NCBI RefSeq assembly: GCF_902713615.1 | Contig: NW_024055475.1 | Location: 186,001 to 250,000, forward strand | Length of the DNA stretch: 64,000 bases | Source: Scyliorhinus canicula | Lineage: Eukaryota | Direction: 5' to 3' | Shown: one piece after another, positions 35,601 to 48,564 of the stretch | How the letters are laid out: every line of letters begins with the position of its first letter | How positions within the stretch are numbered: the stretch's first letter is position 1 | The notes under the pieces: generated by a model | The model's database searches: none | What the model was told of the DNA's origin: nothing | The model's input: only the letters and a program-made list of their open reading frames with translations | Program-made: the position numbers and the translations under genes

Positions 35601-37204
35601 TCCCGTTCTAATGCCTGAAAAAGAAGGTTACAAAAATGATCACTGTAAGAATAGGATAGAAATTCACAACAGATCATTCTAGTTTCTATCAAACCTTCTT
35701 TCCTCTCTTGCTTTCCCCAAGCATGTGGTCCAGTCAAAATAAAAGACCAAAATCAGCCAGAAGCCCCAACAAAAGTGTAGGGAACCTTCCGAACTGAACC
35801 AGAATATTGTTCCCAGTGTCTCTGAAACACTCTGTCCGCTGAGGTAGCCACTGGTTGCGGAAGGCATCAAGCGTTCCGGTGGATACCGCATGCTGCCTCT
35901 GTAGGGCCACTGGGAATAGACATGCTCACCCCAGTCCAACGCCGGCATCTCCACATCATCGGGAATAGACAAGACCACGGAACTGAAGTCGGCAGCCAGA
36001 GTAACAACCCCCCCCCCCCCCCCCACCGCTCCAAGGTCCTCATCCAGCTACAATGTATTGTTTTAATAAGACCCAAGAGTAGATTCAGTTTGTCACGTTC
36101 AGCACAAGGATACTAGATGTGATAGACTAAGATCCACAAACTCTGCCAAGATGGCTGCAACTTAACAGGTTATTATGGACAATAAACTGTGGGTAATATT
36201 CGATTCTGTGACCAATATTTATTTAAACATGGACCTGAATAAGGAAACGTTGCAGCCACCTGTGAAGTTTAAATGTCTCCTTGTGTCAGGATGAACAAGC
36301 ATTTGAGGAATATGAAATCTCAGGACTGTTGATCTCCAAGTGCCGTATTGAACACAGGAGAATGAGCTCGAATTGGGACAGAGATACGCATGAGTGAGCA
36401 TCGTAAACTGCTATTGTATCGGGGTGTTCTGGGTCTCAGAGTTTTAACCCTACAGTTAATTGTCAGGGATGAAGTATAATAAACACTAACCAAAGCAAAT
36501 GTGTGTGTGAGAAGCATCTGAAGCACCAGGAACCAGCTGGACCAGCAGAGCTGAATGTCTCACAGTGCAGCCACAGGACTGAACTTATTCCAGCTTCCAA
36601 GTCCATCTGAGAATCAATCTCCTGGCTATTCATCTACAAGAAGCTTCAGAGCCTCATGAGAATTATTTGTTTCTAAAAATGCTTCACTCCAACTAAAGGA
36701 TCAGCTAAACAAGAAGACAACAGGCCTGCAGCGATGTAAAGATTGCAGTCTACATTCATTTTCATCATTATAGCTTCAACTTGACCTTTACCTAATTCCT
36801 GTGTATGTGTCAGTGAGTGTGAAAGAGACGAGAGACTGAGATGTTCAAATATCCAGGGAAAGGGTGTGATAATAAATAACCTTCCATCCGTTAAAAATCA
36901 CCATTAAGCTTGCGGCTGAAATGTATTTTAAATAAAGAAAAAACACTGAGGGTAAGAAAATATCACGCAAACATCCTGATAATTAACTGAAAATGACCAC
37001 GAAATGTAATCAACCTTTGAAAACCCCCCTTCAGGTAGCTATATAGAAGCTGCAGCCTCTCACACTGAATGTCTACGTAATCCAGAGGCACCTCCAGCCT
37101 GCAAACATCAGCTTCAGCCTGGGGGTGGGTGAAACATTTAAACAACCTGTTACAATATAATCGATCGTAGGGCACTAGGACCCGGCTGGGAACAGAAACC
37201 TTCA

Positions 37205-37445
37205 GGTCCCGCCCACCAGGTGTTGCGTCACCAAGACCCCAGCGCATGCGCTCTGCTTCCCCTAGATGGCGGCTGTGAAGCAGGGCCTGGTCCCGGTCCC
37301 GGGACAGAGAGCTGACCGGCGGTGATGTGACCTGAGGATCACTACACCTCAGGCAAGGGGCCAGGTTCAGGAATAACTGGGAAGGTGATGTTTGGTCAGT
37401 TGCTGCAGTCTGTGTAGTGAAGGTGCTGTCACAGTGGTGTGAGGT
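37205..37445 (+). promoter_or_regulatory. CpG-rich promoter and probable first exon of ZNF gene 1
   Basis: GC box 37208, TTGCGTCA 37223, NRF1-type GCGCATGCGC 37242, YY1-like AGATGGCGGC 37264, donor GAG|GTAAGG 37444. Matching acceptor ttttacag| at 38591. Confidence 0.6.
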
Positions 37446-37669
37446 AAGGAAGTACAGGATTATCACCCAGCAATGATGAATTAAGGGGAATGTAAATCCA
37501 GCTCAGGCTGCTTTCAGATTGGAAAGGGAGCTAAGGTGAGTCCTTAGAGCTGGTGAATGTTCTGGTTTTGGCAGTTTCTCTATAAAGTCATTCCCTCCCT
37601 CCCTATACCACCTCTATCTTTAGAGTCGTAGAATTTTACAGCACGGAAAGAGGGCCTTTGGCCCATTCA

Positions 37670-37985
37670 TTATACATTTATTAGTCTCACAAGGAGGCTT
37701 ACATTAACACTGCAATGAAGTTACTGTGAAAATCCCCTAGTCGCCATATTCCGGCGCCTGTTTAGGTAGACAGAGGGAGAATTCAGAATGTCCAATTCAC
37801 CTAACAAACACGTCTTTGTTTGGGACTTGTTGGAGGAAACCGGAACACCCGGAGGAAACCCACATAGACACAGGGAGAACATACAGACTCTGCACAGACA
37901 GTGACCCAAGCTGGGAATTGAACCGGGGTCCCTGACGCTGTGAAGCAACAGTGCTAGCCATTGTGCTACCATGGCGCCCAGCATG
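37670..37985 (-). mobile_element. V-SINE-type SINE
   Basis: On -: ggcagcacggtagc-like head, ggttcaattcccagc, ggtttcctccgggtgttccggtttcctcc. Confidence 0.8.
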
Positions 37986-38199
37986 GCAGCCGGTCCTCAA
38001 AGACCCTAATGGGAGCCTTACCTCCACACCTTCTGACAGGCCAATGACTCAGATGTTCTTTCTCTGACCCTCGGTTCTCCAAATCCTCCAGTACCTCCGC
38101 CAGCCACTCGGCTGGTTTTCAAAGGATTGAATTTCGACGGAGGCATCTTGCTGAACGTTCAGGATTCTCTCCTCTGGTTCATCGAGACTTTTTTTCTTT

Positions 38200-38420
38200 T
38201 TTTAAAATAAATTTAGAGTGCCCAATTCATTTTGTCCAATTAAGGGGCAATTTAGCATGGGCAATCCACCTAACCTGCATGTCCTCGGACTGTGGGAGGA
38301 AACCGGAGGAAACCCGCGCAGACATGGGGACCTGTGCAGACTCCGCACAGACAGTGACCCAAGCCGGGAATCAAACCTGGGACCCTAGAATTGTGAAGCA
38401 ACAGTGCTAACCACTGTGCT
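38200..38420 (-). mobile_element. V-SINE/HE1-like SINE
   Basis: Same tail (aaaataaatttagagtgcccaattc) and V-domain-like core as 9333. Confidence 0.8.
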
Positions 38421-38938
38421 ACTCAACTGCGATACACCAGAATGAGAATGGAGGGAGAGTGTGTGGGATGGAGATTTACAGCTTTCAGGGAATAAGGGAG
38501 AGGAAAAAATGTCACATAGAAACTAGAATTGTCTGTTCTGAGTTTCTATCCTGTACTGACAGTGATGAATTTTGTAAATTGTTTTTACAGGATATTAGAT
38601 GAGGAAGAATTACAGACAGAAATCTCAATCGTCACGTCTCAATCTGACAGTTACTCGATTCCTTGGAACCTGAATATCTCCAACCTTTGAATCTAGAAGG
38701 TGAAACCTTTTTCCGAACTGTCAGCTAAAGATTTCAACCATCAGTGTGACTGGAAAAGCACCAAGACCCACACAACAGACACCCGAGTGAAAGTGTTCCT
38801 GTGAACTGACTGTGGAAAGAGCTTTAACCAGTTACACAGCCTGAAAAACATAACAACATTCACAGCTGGGAGAGACCATACTCGTGTTGTATCTGCGGAC
38901 AAGGCTTCAACTGATTGTACAACCTGGAGACACACAAC

Positions 38939-39841
38939 ATGGAGAAACCATGGAAATGTGAGGACTGTGGGAAGGGATTTAGATTCCCATCTAAGCTGGA
39001 GATTCATCGACGCAGTCACACTGGGGACAGGCCGTTCACCTGCTACAAGTGTGGGAAGGGATTCACTCAGTTATTCAACCTGCAGACACACCAGCGAGTT
39101 CACACAGGGGAGAGGCCATTCACCTGCTCTCAGTGTGAGAAGCGATTCAGTGATTCAACCACCTTGCAGATACATCAGCGAGTTCACACTGGGGAGAAAC
39201 CATTCACCTGCTCTCAGTGTTTGAAGGGATTCACTCGGCTATCCACCCTGCAGTCGCACCAGCGAGTTCACACTGGGGAGAGGCCATTCACCTGCTCTCA
39301 GTGTGGGAAAGGATTTGCACACTTATCCACCCTGCGGAGACACAAACGTGTTCACACTGGGGAAAGGCCATTCACCTGCTTTCAGTGTGGGAAGGGATTT
39401 ATTGATTCATCCACCCTGCGGAAACATCAGCGAATTCACACTGGGGAGAGGCCACTCACCTGCTCTCAGTGTGGGAAGGGATTCACTCGGTTATCTCATC
39501 TGCGGATTCACCAGCGAATTCACACTGGGGAGAGGCCATTCACGTGCTCTCAGTGTGAGAAGGGTTTCAGTGATTCATCCACCCTGCGTACACACCAGCG
39601 AGTTCACACTGGGGAGAGGCCATTCACCTGCTCTCAGTGTGGGAAGGGATTCACTCGGTTATCCACCCTGCGTACACACCAGCGAGTTCACACTGGGGAG
39701 AGACCATTCACCTGCTCTCAGTGTGGGAAAGTATTTACTCAGTTATCCAACCTGCGGAGACACCAGCGAGTTCACACTGGGGAGAGGCCGTCCACTTCTC
39801 AACGTGAGACAGGATCACATGTTTCATTGGACCTTCTGTGA
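38939..39841 (+). CDS. C2H2 zinc-finger protein, 10 tandem fingers
   Basis: First true ATG is 38939 (MEKPWKC; the track start 38915 is TTG). HTGERPF linkers; degenerate fingers with stops lie upstream; no KRAB/SCAN/BTB seen. Confidence 0.9.
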   Translation: MEKPWKCEDCGKGFRFPSKLEIHRRSHTGDRPFTCYKCGKGFTQLFNLQTHQRVHTGERPFTCSQCEKRFSDSTTLQIHQRVHTGEKPFTCSQCLKGFTRLSTLQSHQRVHTGERPFTCSQCGKGFAHLSTLRRHKRVHTGERPFTCFQCGKGFIDSSTLRKHQRIHTGERPLTCSQCGKGFTRLSHLRIHQRIHTGERPFTCSQCEKGFSDSSTLRTHQRVHTGERPFTCSQCGKGFTRLSTLRTHQRVHTGERPFTCSQCGKVFTQLSNLRRHQRVHTGERPSTSQRETGSHVSLDLL

Positions 39842-40289
39842 CACCAACAATTTCACAATCGATTACAGGGGTTGGATTCTGCTGTTATTGTTTCTGCTCT
39901 ACACCCAGGGCTGCATTTTGTTCATTCTGACAGGTGGTCAGTGGGGATGGTCGGAGGGTTTCCTTCTGCTGGACTGGCCAGTCTCACCACTTTGCCTCCA
40001 GTGGGCTGATGCTCTTTGAGCCTTGTTGCTGATATCTGGCTTCAAATTGCACAAGGATCACAAGAGTGGAAGGGTGTTTGCAAGTGTGAAGATATGTTCT
40101 TTCCATTTCTGTTTCAAACCCTCCAAAGCGTGCCACGTTGCCATGGAGATGGGCCTTGGTGGTTGCATGGTTCTTTTGTTTATCTGGGTGTTCCTCACAG
40201 AAGGAAACTATCAGGTTATGAGGGGCAAGTTGGCTGAGGTGGACTGGGAAACTGATTGGTACAGGGAATACCTAATTTATCAGGGGATG

Positions 40290-40505
40290 GTTAGCTCAGT
40301 TGGCTGGACAACTGGTTGGTGATGCAGAGCAAGGCCAACAGTGAGGATTCAACTCCCGTACTGGCTGAGTTTATTCATGAATGCCCCCCCCCCCCTTCTC
40401 AACCAGGCCCGTCGCTTGAGGTGTGCTGACCCTCGGGTTAAATTACCTCCAGTCAGCTCTCTCTCTGTCAAAGGGGAGAGCAGCCTATGGTCCTGTGGGA
40501 TTTTT
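40290..40505 (+). mobile_element. tRNA-derived SINE
   Basis: tagctcagttggctgg A box and gattcaactccc B box; homologous to 17922. Confidence 0.75.
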
Positions 40506-40559
40506 GCAATTTGTATTTCACATATATACAACAAATATAGATTCCTTTAAGGATCAAAC

Positions 40560-41035
40560 ACCCAACAGGAAAAGTAATGTAACCGTGGGCGAACAAGAAA
40601 AGTTAAAGATTCCATGAGAGCCATTAGAATTCAGCAAAGGAGGACCAAGAAACTGATGAGAGAAAACTGGTGAGAAACATAAAAACCGACTGGAAAAGCT
40701 TCTACATGAATGTGAAAAGGAAAAGATTAGCAAAGACTAATGTGGGCCCATTCCAGGCAGAGACGGGACAGTTTATAATGGGGAGTAAGGAAATGGCAGA
40801 GAAAATAAACAATGTGTGTCTGTCTTCACAGAGGAAGATACAGAAATTGTCCCCAAAACACCAGAGAACCAAGGGACTGGCAGAGATTAGTAGTGGTGAA
40901 AAAGTAGCACTGGAGAAATTAATGGGGATGGAAGTGAATAAATCCCCAAAAGCTGATGATCTACATCCCAGAGTGTTGAATGAGGTGGCTGTCGAGATCT
41001 CTATTCCTCATTCTAACTTCTCCTGACTCTATCTG
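40560..41035 (+). mobile_element. CR1 internal fragment
   Basis: KSFYMNVKRKRLAKTNVGP..KSPKADDLHPRVLNEVA. Confidence 0.8.
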
Positions 41036-41057
41036 GAATGGACAAACCTTTGAGCCA

Positions 41058-41580
41058 AACATAAGAACATAAGAACTAGGAGCAGCAGTAGGCCATCTGG
41101 CCCCTCGTGCCTGCTCCGCCATTCAATTAGATCATGGCTGATCTTTTGTGGACTCAGCTCCACTTTCCGGCCCGAACACCATAACCCTTAATCCCTTTAT
41201 TCTCCAAAAAACTATCTATCTTTACCTTAAAAACATGTAATGGAGGAGCCTCAACTGCTTCACTGGGCAAGGAATTCCATAGATTCACAACCCTTTGGGT
41301 GAAGAAGTTCCTCCTAAATTCAGTCCTAAATCTACTTCCCCTTATTTTGAGGCTATGTCCCCTAGTTCTGCTGTCACCTGCCAGTGGAAACAACCTGCCC
41401 GCATCTATCCTATCTATTCCCTTCATAATTTTAAATGTTTCTATAAGATCCCCCCTCATCCTTCTAAATTCCAACGAGTACAGTCCCAGTCTACTCAACC
41501 TCTCCTCATAATCCAACCCCTTCAGCTCTGGAATTAACGTAATGGATCTCCTCTGCACACCCTCCAGCACCAGTATGTCC
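41058..41580 (-). mobile_element. CR1 3' fragment
   Basis: LEGVQRR..RRMRGDLIETFKI..NFFTQRVVNLWNSLP; tail (acataaga)n. Confidence 0.9.
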
Positions 41581-42894
41581 TTTTTACGTAGCCACAGAAA
41601 CTTTTACACTCCATTTTTATGTATTTTGCTAGTTCACATTCTATTCTATTCTCCCTTTTTTTTCCCTCGGTGTCTTGGTTGAAGAACTGAAGTAAATGAA
41701 CCTCGGGAATGAATCATCACTTTGGACAGGTTCTGAGACAATTAAGTTTCGATTTATAAGGCAGAGTAACTATAATCATGGAGTGTATTTCTAGATTGTG
41801 AAAAAGGGCAAGGTTCTAGTTTATAGTTTAATGTGTAGGATTCTGACTGAAAGTAGCTTCTAGTTTGTTTGTTTGTTGTATTAAAACTCATAAAACCTGA
41901 AGTCCCGTCGTGTGATCCTTTAATTTGTTGACTGGGAGTTTGATTTTTTCTAAGTTGCTGACCTTTATGGGAGAGGGTGACCGGGACTGATAGTGACGTG
42001 ACCCCAGGGTTCAGTGCCCCCGTGTCCAAAGCGGGGAGTCACGGGGACAGGGTACAGAGGAGCTGACGGGAACTATTTGGGTCCAGAACATTGTGAACAT
42101 CCTGTTACTCTGATTGTCTTTGATCCTTAAGTAATTTTCCGTCAGTTTTTTTAACCATGTTCTATTTCATCAATAAACTTTTAAACAGAAAATATTTGAA
42201 TTTGTTGGACTTTTCCTGATTAAAATTGTTCACTTTTGGGAAAGTGAGTGAGAGGGGTTGACAGGCTCTTTAACAGAAAGTGAGTCCGTCTAAGGTAATT
42301 GGCAAAGGAGCCAGAGGGGTAGAGGAGATTTGAATTTTCTTTTGACACAGTGTTTGAAAATGGGGAATCAATCGTGATTGACTAATTTAGCAAGATGTTT
42401 GAGGAAGTAACAAGGGGAACCTGTAGATGTGCTTTATCTGGATTTCCAGAAGGTATGCTGTACCTGTCCTGGGACTGTTTGATGGGGACAATGCAGAGGA
42501 CCATTTACATTGTACCCAACCTTGTGCTATACCAATCATGGGAGTGTTTTGATGGGGACATCATCGAGGGAGATTTACTCTGTATCTAACACCATTTTGT
42601 ATCAGCCTTGGGCGTGTTTCATGGGGCAACGTAGAGGGAGCTGTGCTGTAACTGATTGGAGAATGGTTCAAGCTGGCACTTGGTACTCAGATTCTCCAGT
42701 ACAGACACCCTTCACTTTAAAAATAAAATTTCATTCAGAGATAAGAGAAACCATCACCGGTCCCCCCACTCTCTCTCCCCCCCCCCCCCCCCACCCCCCC
42801 CCCCCCCCCACCCCCCTCCTTGCAGGCCCAGAGGGGCAGTGAGAATCCTGAACATTGTTGTAGTCTGCTTGATATTTCATGTGTCTTTTTCTGT

Positions 42895-43500
42895 TCCATA
42901 GAATCTCTACAATGCAGAAGGAGGCCATTCAGCCCATCGGGTCTGCACTGACCCTCCAATATGGCACCCCACTCAGGACCACTCCTCCACCCAATCCCCA
43001 GAACCCCACCTAACCTTTGGACACTCAGGGGAAGTCTCTTATTATGGCCAATCCACCTAACCTGTGCATCTTTGGACTGACGGAGGAAATTGGAGCACCC
43101 AGAAGGAACCCACGCAGACACGGGGAGGAAGTGCAAACCCTACAGAGTCACCCGAGGCCGGAATCAAACCTCCCTCCCTCTGATCTCCAGTCAGCCTCTG
43201 TTTGAATGAACAGAGCCCCAGTTTCTCTAATCTGTCCTGGTAACTAAATCCTCTCTTCCCTGGGATCATCTCAGTGAATCTCTTCTACACCCTATCCATG
43301 GCCTTGACATCCTTCCTAGTGTAAGATCCCCAAAACCTGATCTAATATTCCAACTGTAGCCTAACCAATGATTTGTACCAGGTTTACATGACATCTGTCA
43401 TTTTGTACTCCACACCCAGAATTATAAAACCTTGGATCCCATGTGTATTTGAAACACTTTATCAACTTGTCCTCCCACATTTAAACATTTGTGTATCTGA
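42895..43500 (-). mobile_element. SINE (~42895-43170) plus CR1 fragment (~43180-43500)
   Basis: Tail catagaatctctacaatgcagaaggaggccattc; CR1-like GFSYQDRLEKLGL. Confidence 0.7.
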
Positions 43501-44049
43501 ACTCTTTTTAGGGTTTTGGAGAAATTAACAAAACATGGCTGAAATACATTGACATCTAATGTCTGATATAGTGTGTGTTATGGGAGAGAGAAGTTTAGTC
43601 TGAGTTAGAAACTCAAACAGGCGCATCATTGCAGACAGGTCACCATGGAAACGTTGATAAGACATTCCATTCCACAGAATCCACTCATGGGAAACTGTAA
43701 TCGGATTGGGGAGAGGACAGAGTTTGTCTGTTATTAACCTCAACATAAACTTAAACCAGAGTGAATAATGGAACAGATTAAATTCTAATGTGTGATGTTT
43801 ATAGCTACAGTAATGGAATTATCAGAAATAATAACATTAACAGGCAGGGTAGTTTAGGGAAAATGAAGAAATTACTGAAGAAACGTAACTGCTGTGAACC
43901 AAGAATGTGTCCTTGTAAATCACAGATTAGAGAAATTCCTGCTGTCTTTTCCTCCATGAACTGTGTTCCGTACTGGCCACCAAATTTCAGGAAAGATACA
44001 TTGCACTTGGTAACGGTCCAGTACAGATTGACCATGATGAAGTGAGGCT

Positions 44050-44270
44050 GGTGAACTGAATCTCTTCCCACACACGGAGAACATTAATGGTCGCTCCTCA
44101 GTGTAAACATGTCGATGAATCTCCAGCTCTGATTAAATCTATTCCACAGTGCCCAAATTTCCAAGGTTTCTTCCAGTGTGACTACATATTGTTCAAAAGG
44201 TCAGACCATCGGCTAAAACATCATCCACATTTCGAACACGGGAGCTGTTTCTCCCACATTGAACAGGGTC
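44050..44270 (-). pseudogene. Degenerate C2H2 ZNF remnant
   Basis: On -: LPCSKCG*CFSRWSDLL..gtagtcacactggaagaaaccttggaaa..tgtgtgggaagagattca; frameshifts and stops. Confidence 0.65.
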
Positions 44271-44271
44271 T

Positions 44272-45830
44272 TTGAACAAAGAACAATACAACACAGGAAC
44301 AGGCCCTTCGGCCCTCCAAACCTGTACCGGTCATGATACCAATCGTTGGCAAAACGTTCAGCACTTCCTTGTGCCATATCCCTAACCCCATCCTATCCAT
44401 GTGTTTGTCAAGATGCCTTTTGAACGCCATTAAGGTATCTGCTTCCACAACCTCGCCTGGGAATGCGTTCCAGGCACTCACCACCCTCTGCGTAAACAAA
44501 CCTGCCTCGCACATCTCCTCTAAACTTTGCCCCAGAGACCTTAAACCTATGCCCTCTGGTGACTGACCCCTCCACCCTGGGAAAGAGTGCCTGCCCATCC
44601 ACTCTATCCATGCCCCTCATAATCTTGTCGACCTATTTCAGGTCACCCCTCAACCTCCGTCTTTCTAACGAAAACAGTCCGAGTCTATTCAGCCTCTCCA
44701 CATAGCTAACGCCCTCCAGACGAGGCAACATTCTGGTAAACCTCATCTGCACCTCTCCAAAGCCTCCACATTCTTCTGGTACTCTGGCAACCAGAATTGT
44801 GGACAATACTCCAAGTGTGGCCTTACCAAGGTTCTATGCAACTGCAGCATGACTTGCCAGTTTTTATACTTGATGCCCTGTCCAATGAAGGCAAGCAATC
44901 CGTCTGCTTTCTTGAGTAACTTGTCCATTTGTGCTGCCAACTTCAAAGATCTGTGCACATGCACACACAGCTCTCTCTGACTTTCTATATTCCTCGGAGT
45001 TTTGACATTTACAGTATATTTCCCTTCATAATATTATAATATTCTCTTTAACCAGTAATGCTACTCCCCCACCCCTTTAACATCCCTCTCTATCTTTCCT
45101 GAAGCATCTGTATCCTCCAACATTCAGCTGCCAATCCGGCCCTTCATTTAAACATGTCTCTGTGATAGCCACAACATCGTAATTCCAAGTACTAATAAGT
45201 GCTCAAAGTTCATCTGCCTCCCCGCTATACTTCTGGCATTGAAACAAATACTCTTCAGACCACTGTGTTTGAGCAGACAGGGTGATGTGGTTCTCTTATT
45301 TTTGTTCTCCAATTCCCCTTCAGTTATTACACCTTCTGCGCACTGGTTCCCACCCCCATACTAGTTTAAATCCTCCCGAATGGCTCGAGCAAACCTCCCA
45401 GCCAGGATATTGGTGCCACTCCAGTTTAGATGCAACACTTCCTTCTTGTACAGGTTACACCTGTCCCGGAAGATATCCCTGTGGCTGTTCACCCTCCCCC
45501 TTCAGGATGTCCTGTGTTCGTTCAGAGACATCCTGGACCCTGGCACCAGGTAGGCAACGTCCCATCCTGGAGTCTCTTTCCTGTCCACAGAAACGCCTAT
45601 TTGTGCCCCTTCCTATCGAGTCCCCTATAACAGTTGCTCTCCTGCACTTTGCCCTCCCCTGCTAAGCAACAGAGCCAGTTGTGGTGCCACTGTCAGGCTG
45701 CTGTTGTTGGTTTCCCCACTTGGCTATCCCTTCAAACAGTATCCAAAACGGTATACCTGTTAGAGAGGGGGACAGCCATAGGGGATTCCTGCACTGCCTG
45801 CCTGCCCTTCCTAGCAGTCACCCATCTGTC
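44272..45830 (-). mobile_element. CR1 3' end joined to endonuclease/ORF1-region sequence (internal deletion)
   Basis: Tail gaacaaagaacaa; RT C-term RPHLEYCPQFW; ~45040-45270 reads CFNARSI..ITET (APE endonuclease start) on -. Confidence 0.75.
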
Positions 45831-45834
45831 TGAT

Positions 45835-46032
45835 CCAGTGAACACTGTGGAAATAACTGGAACCAGTTACGCAGCCTGACATCACACCATTCACAGCACA
45901 GAGACACCATGCATGTGTCCTGTGTGGACGAGGCTTCAACTGCTCATCCAACCTGGAGAGACACAGGACACAGGCATCATGGAGAACGTGTGGAAATATG
46001 AGGACTGTGCGAAACAGTTCAAATGTTCATCT
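45835..46032 (+). pseudogene. Degenerate ZNF remnant
   Basis: Homologous to 38805-38995 (aaccagttac.cagcctg..catggagaa..tggaaat.tgaggactgtg). Confidence 0.7.
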
Positions 46033-46089
46033 TAGGCACCAATATCCTGAGAGTAGGGCTGATCAGGGATAGTGGACGGAACTCATTCC

Positions 46090-47770
46090 ACGAGTGTGAG
46101 GAGATGGGCGAGGCCCTAAATGAATATGTTGCTTCAGTATTCACGAGAGAGAGGGACCTTGTTGCTCATGAAAGCAGTGTGAACCAGGTTGATAGACTCA
46201 AACAGGTTGACATTAAGGAGGATGTGCTGGAAATTTTGAAAAGCATCAAGATAGATAAGTCCCCTGGGCCTGACGGGATATACCCAAGGTTACTACAGGA
46301 AGTGAGGGAGGAGATTGCTGCGCCGTTGGCGATGATCGTTGTGTCCTCGCTCTCCACTGGAGTAGTACCAGATGTTTGGAGGGAGGCAAATATTGTTTCC
46401 TTGTTCAAGAAAGGGAATAGGGAAATCCCTGGGAATTACAGACCCATCAGTCTTACGTCTGTGGTGAGCAAATTATTGGAAAGGATTGTGATAGATAGGA
46501 TTTATGATTACTTAGAAAACCATAGTTTGATTAAAGATAGTCAGTCATGCCTCACAAGCCTCATTGAATTCTTTGAGGATGTGACGAGACACATTGATGA
46601 AGGTTGGGCAGTGGATGTGGTGTATATGGATTTCAGTAAGACATTTGATAAGATTCCCCACGGTAGGCTCATTCAGAAAGTTAGGTGGCATGGGATACAG
46701 GGAAATATGGCTATCTGGATACAGGATTGGCTGGCCAATAGAATACAGCGGGTAGTGGATGGAAAGTATTCTGCCTGGTGGTCGATGACCAGTGGTGTCT
46801 TGCAGGGGTCTGTTCTTGGACCTCTGCCCTTTGTTGTTTTTAATAAATGACTTGGATGAGGAAGTGGAAGGCGGGTTAGTACGTTTGCCGATGACACAAA
46901 GGTTGGGGGAGTTGTAGATAGTGTTGGGGGCTGATGCAGGTTACAACAGGACATTGACAGGATGCAGAGCTGGGCTGAGAAGTGGCAGATGGAGTTCAAA
47001 CTAGATAAATGTGAAATGATTCATTTTGGAAGGTCGAATTGGAATGCAGAATACAGGGTTAAAAGGCAGGATTCTTGGAAGTGTGGAGGAACAGAGGGAT
47101 CTTGGGGTCCACATACACAGATCCCTCAAAGTTGCCACCCAGGTTGATAGGGTTGTTAAGAAGGCATATAGTGTGTTGGCTTTCATTAACAGGGGGAATT
47201 GAGTTTAAGAGCCGCGATGTTTTGCTGCAGCTTTATTAAACCCTTGTTAGACACACTTGGAATATTGTGTCCAGTTCTGGTTGCCTCATTATAGGAAGGA
47301 TGTGGATACTTTGGAGAGGGTAGAGAGGAGATTTACCAGGATGCTGCCTGAACTGGAGGGCATGTCTTATGAAGAAAGGTTGAGGGAGCGAGGGCTTTTC
47401 TCACTGGAGTGAAGAAGGAAGAGAGGTGACTTGAGAGAGGTATACAAGGTGATGTGAGGCATGCATAGAGTGGATAGCCAGAGACCTTTCCCCAGGGCGG
47501 AAATGGCTATCAAGTGGTGACATAATTTTAAGGTGATTGGAGGAAGGTATGGGGTGATGTCAGAGGTAGGTTCTTTACACCGAGAGTTGTGGTTGCGTGG
47601 AATGCACTGCCAGCAGAGGTGGTGGAGTCAGAGTCATTCGGGACTTTGGGCATATGGACATCAGTAAATTAAAGGGGTGTAGGTCAGGTTGATCTTAGAT
47701 TAGGAGAAATGGTCGGCACAATATCGTGGATGAAGTGCCTGTCCTGTGCCGTACCGTTCTATGTTCTAAA
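46090..47770 (+). mobile_element. CR1 LINE, decayed
   Basis: NYRPISLTSVVSKLLE, YMDFSKTFDKIPH, QGSVLGP, WAEKWQMEF; tail cgttctatgttcta. Confidence 0.93.
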
Positions 47771-47885
47771 CTCTTCCCAGTCATTATGGTCAATGCATAT
47801 TATATAAGTGGGGAGTGAACAGGAGTGGACTAAATTCAGAGACAGGCAAAGCACCACTCACTTATTAGCCTTGACCAGAACACCA

Positions 47886-48564
47886 GGGGTGGTATTCTCC
47901 CCTACCCGGCAAGGCAGGGGGTCCCGGCGTACCGGAGTGGCCCCAACCACTCCGGCGTCGGGCCTCCCCAAAAGGAGCGGAATTCTCCACATCTTTAGGG
48001 GCTCAGCCCGTACCGGAGTGGCTCCTGCTCCGCCGGCAGGCACGAGCGGCCTTTGGCTCCCCGCCGGCCGCCGCGAACGGCCTTCCGCTCTGACAGCCGG
48101 AGTGAACGGTTGGCCAAAAGGCCTTCGCCGGCCGGCATCAGGCCGCGCGTGCGCCGGAGCATCAGCGACTGCTGATGTCATCCTGGCGCATGTGAGGTAG
48201 GGGGGTCTCTTCCGCCTCCACCATGGTGGAGGCTGTGGCGGCGGCGGAAGAAAAAGAGTTCCCCCACAGCACTGGCCCGCCCGCCGATCGGTGCGCCCTG
48301 ATCGCGGGCGAGGCCACCATGGGGGTACCCCCTGGGGTTCGACCGCCCCGTGTCCACCTCCCCAGGCCCCCATGCCCGCTTGCACCACCTGCTACCGCCA
48401 GTATCAGAGGTGGTTCAAACCACGTCAGCGGGAGAGGCCTGTCAGCGGCGGGACTTTGGCCCATCGCTGGCTGGAGAATTGCCGTGGGGGGCCCGCCAAC
48501 TGGTGCGGTGTGATTCCCGGCCCCCCCCCCCCCCTGATTCCCAGGTGGCGGAGAATTCCGCCCC
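47886..48564. mobile_element. GC-rich non-autonomous DNA element (MITE-like)
   Basis: Imperfect TIRs ggggtggtattctccc / cggagaattccgcccc (13/16); related end at ~50588; no clear TSD. Confidence 0.6.

Noticed and set aside
38741-40019. Alternative-frame and antisense ORFs over ZNF1 (and over ZNF2, 58419-59338)
   Set aside because: Shadow ORFs of the 84-bp finger repeat.
41600-42250. Possible solo LTR
   Set aside because: No TG..CA ends, TSD or second copy identifiable by eye.
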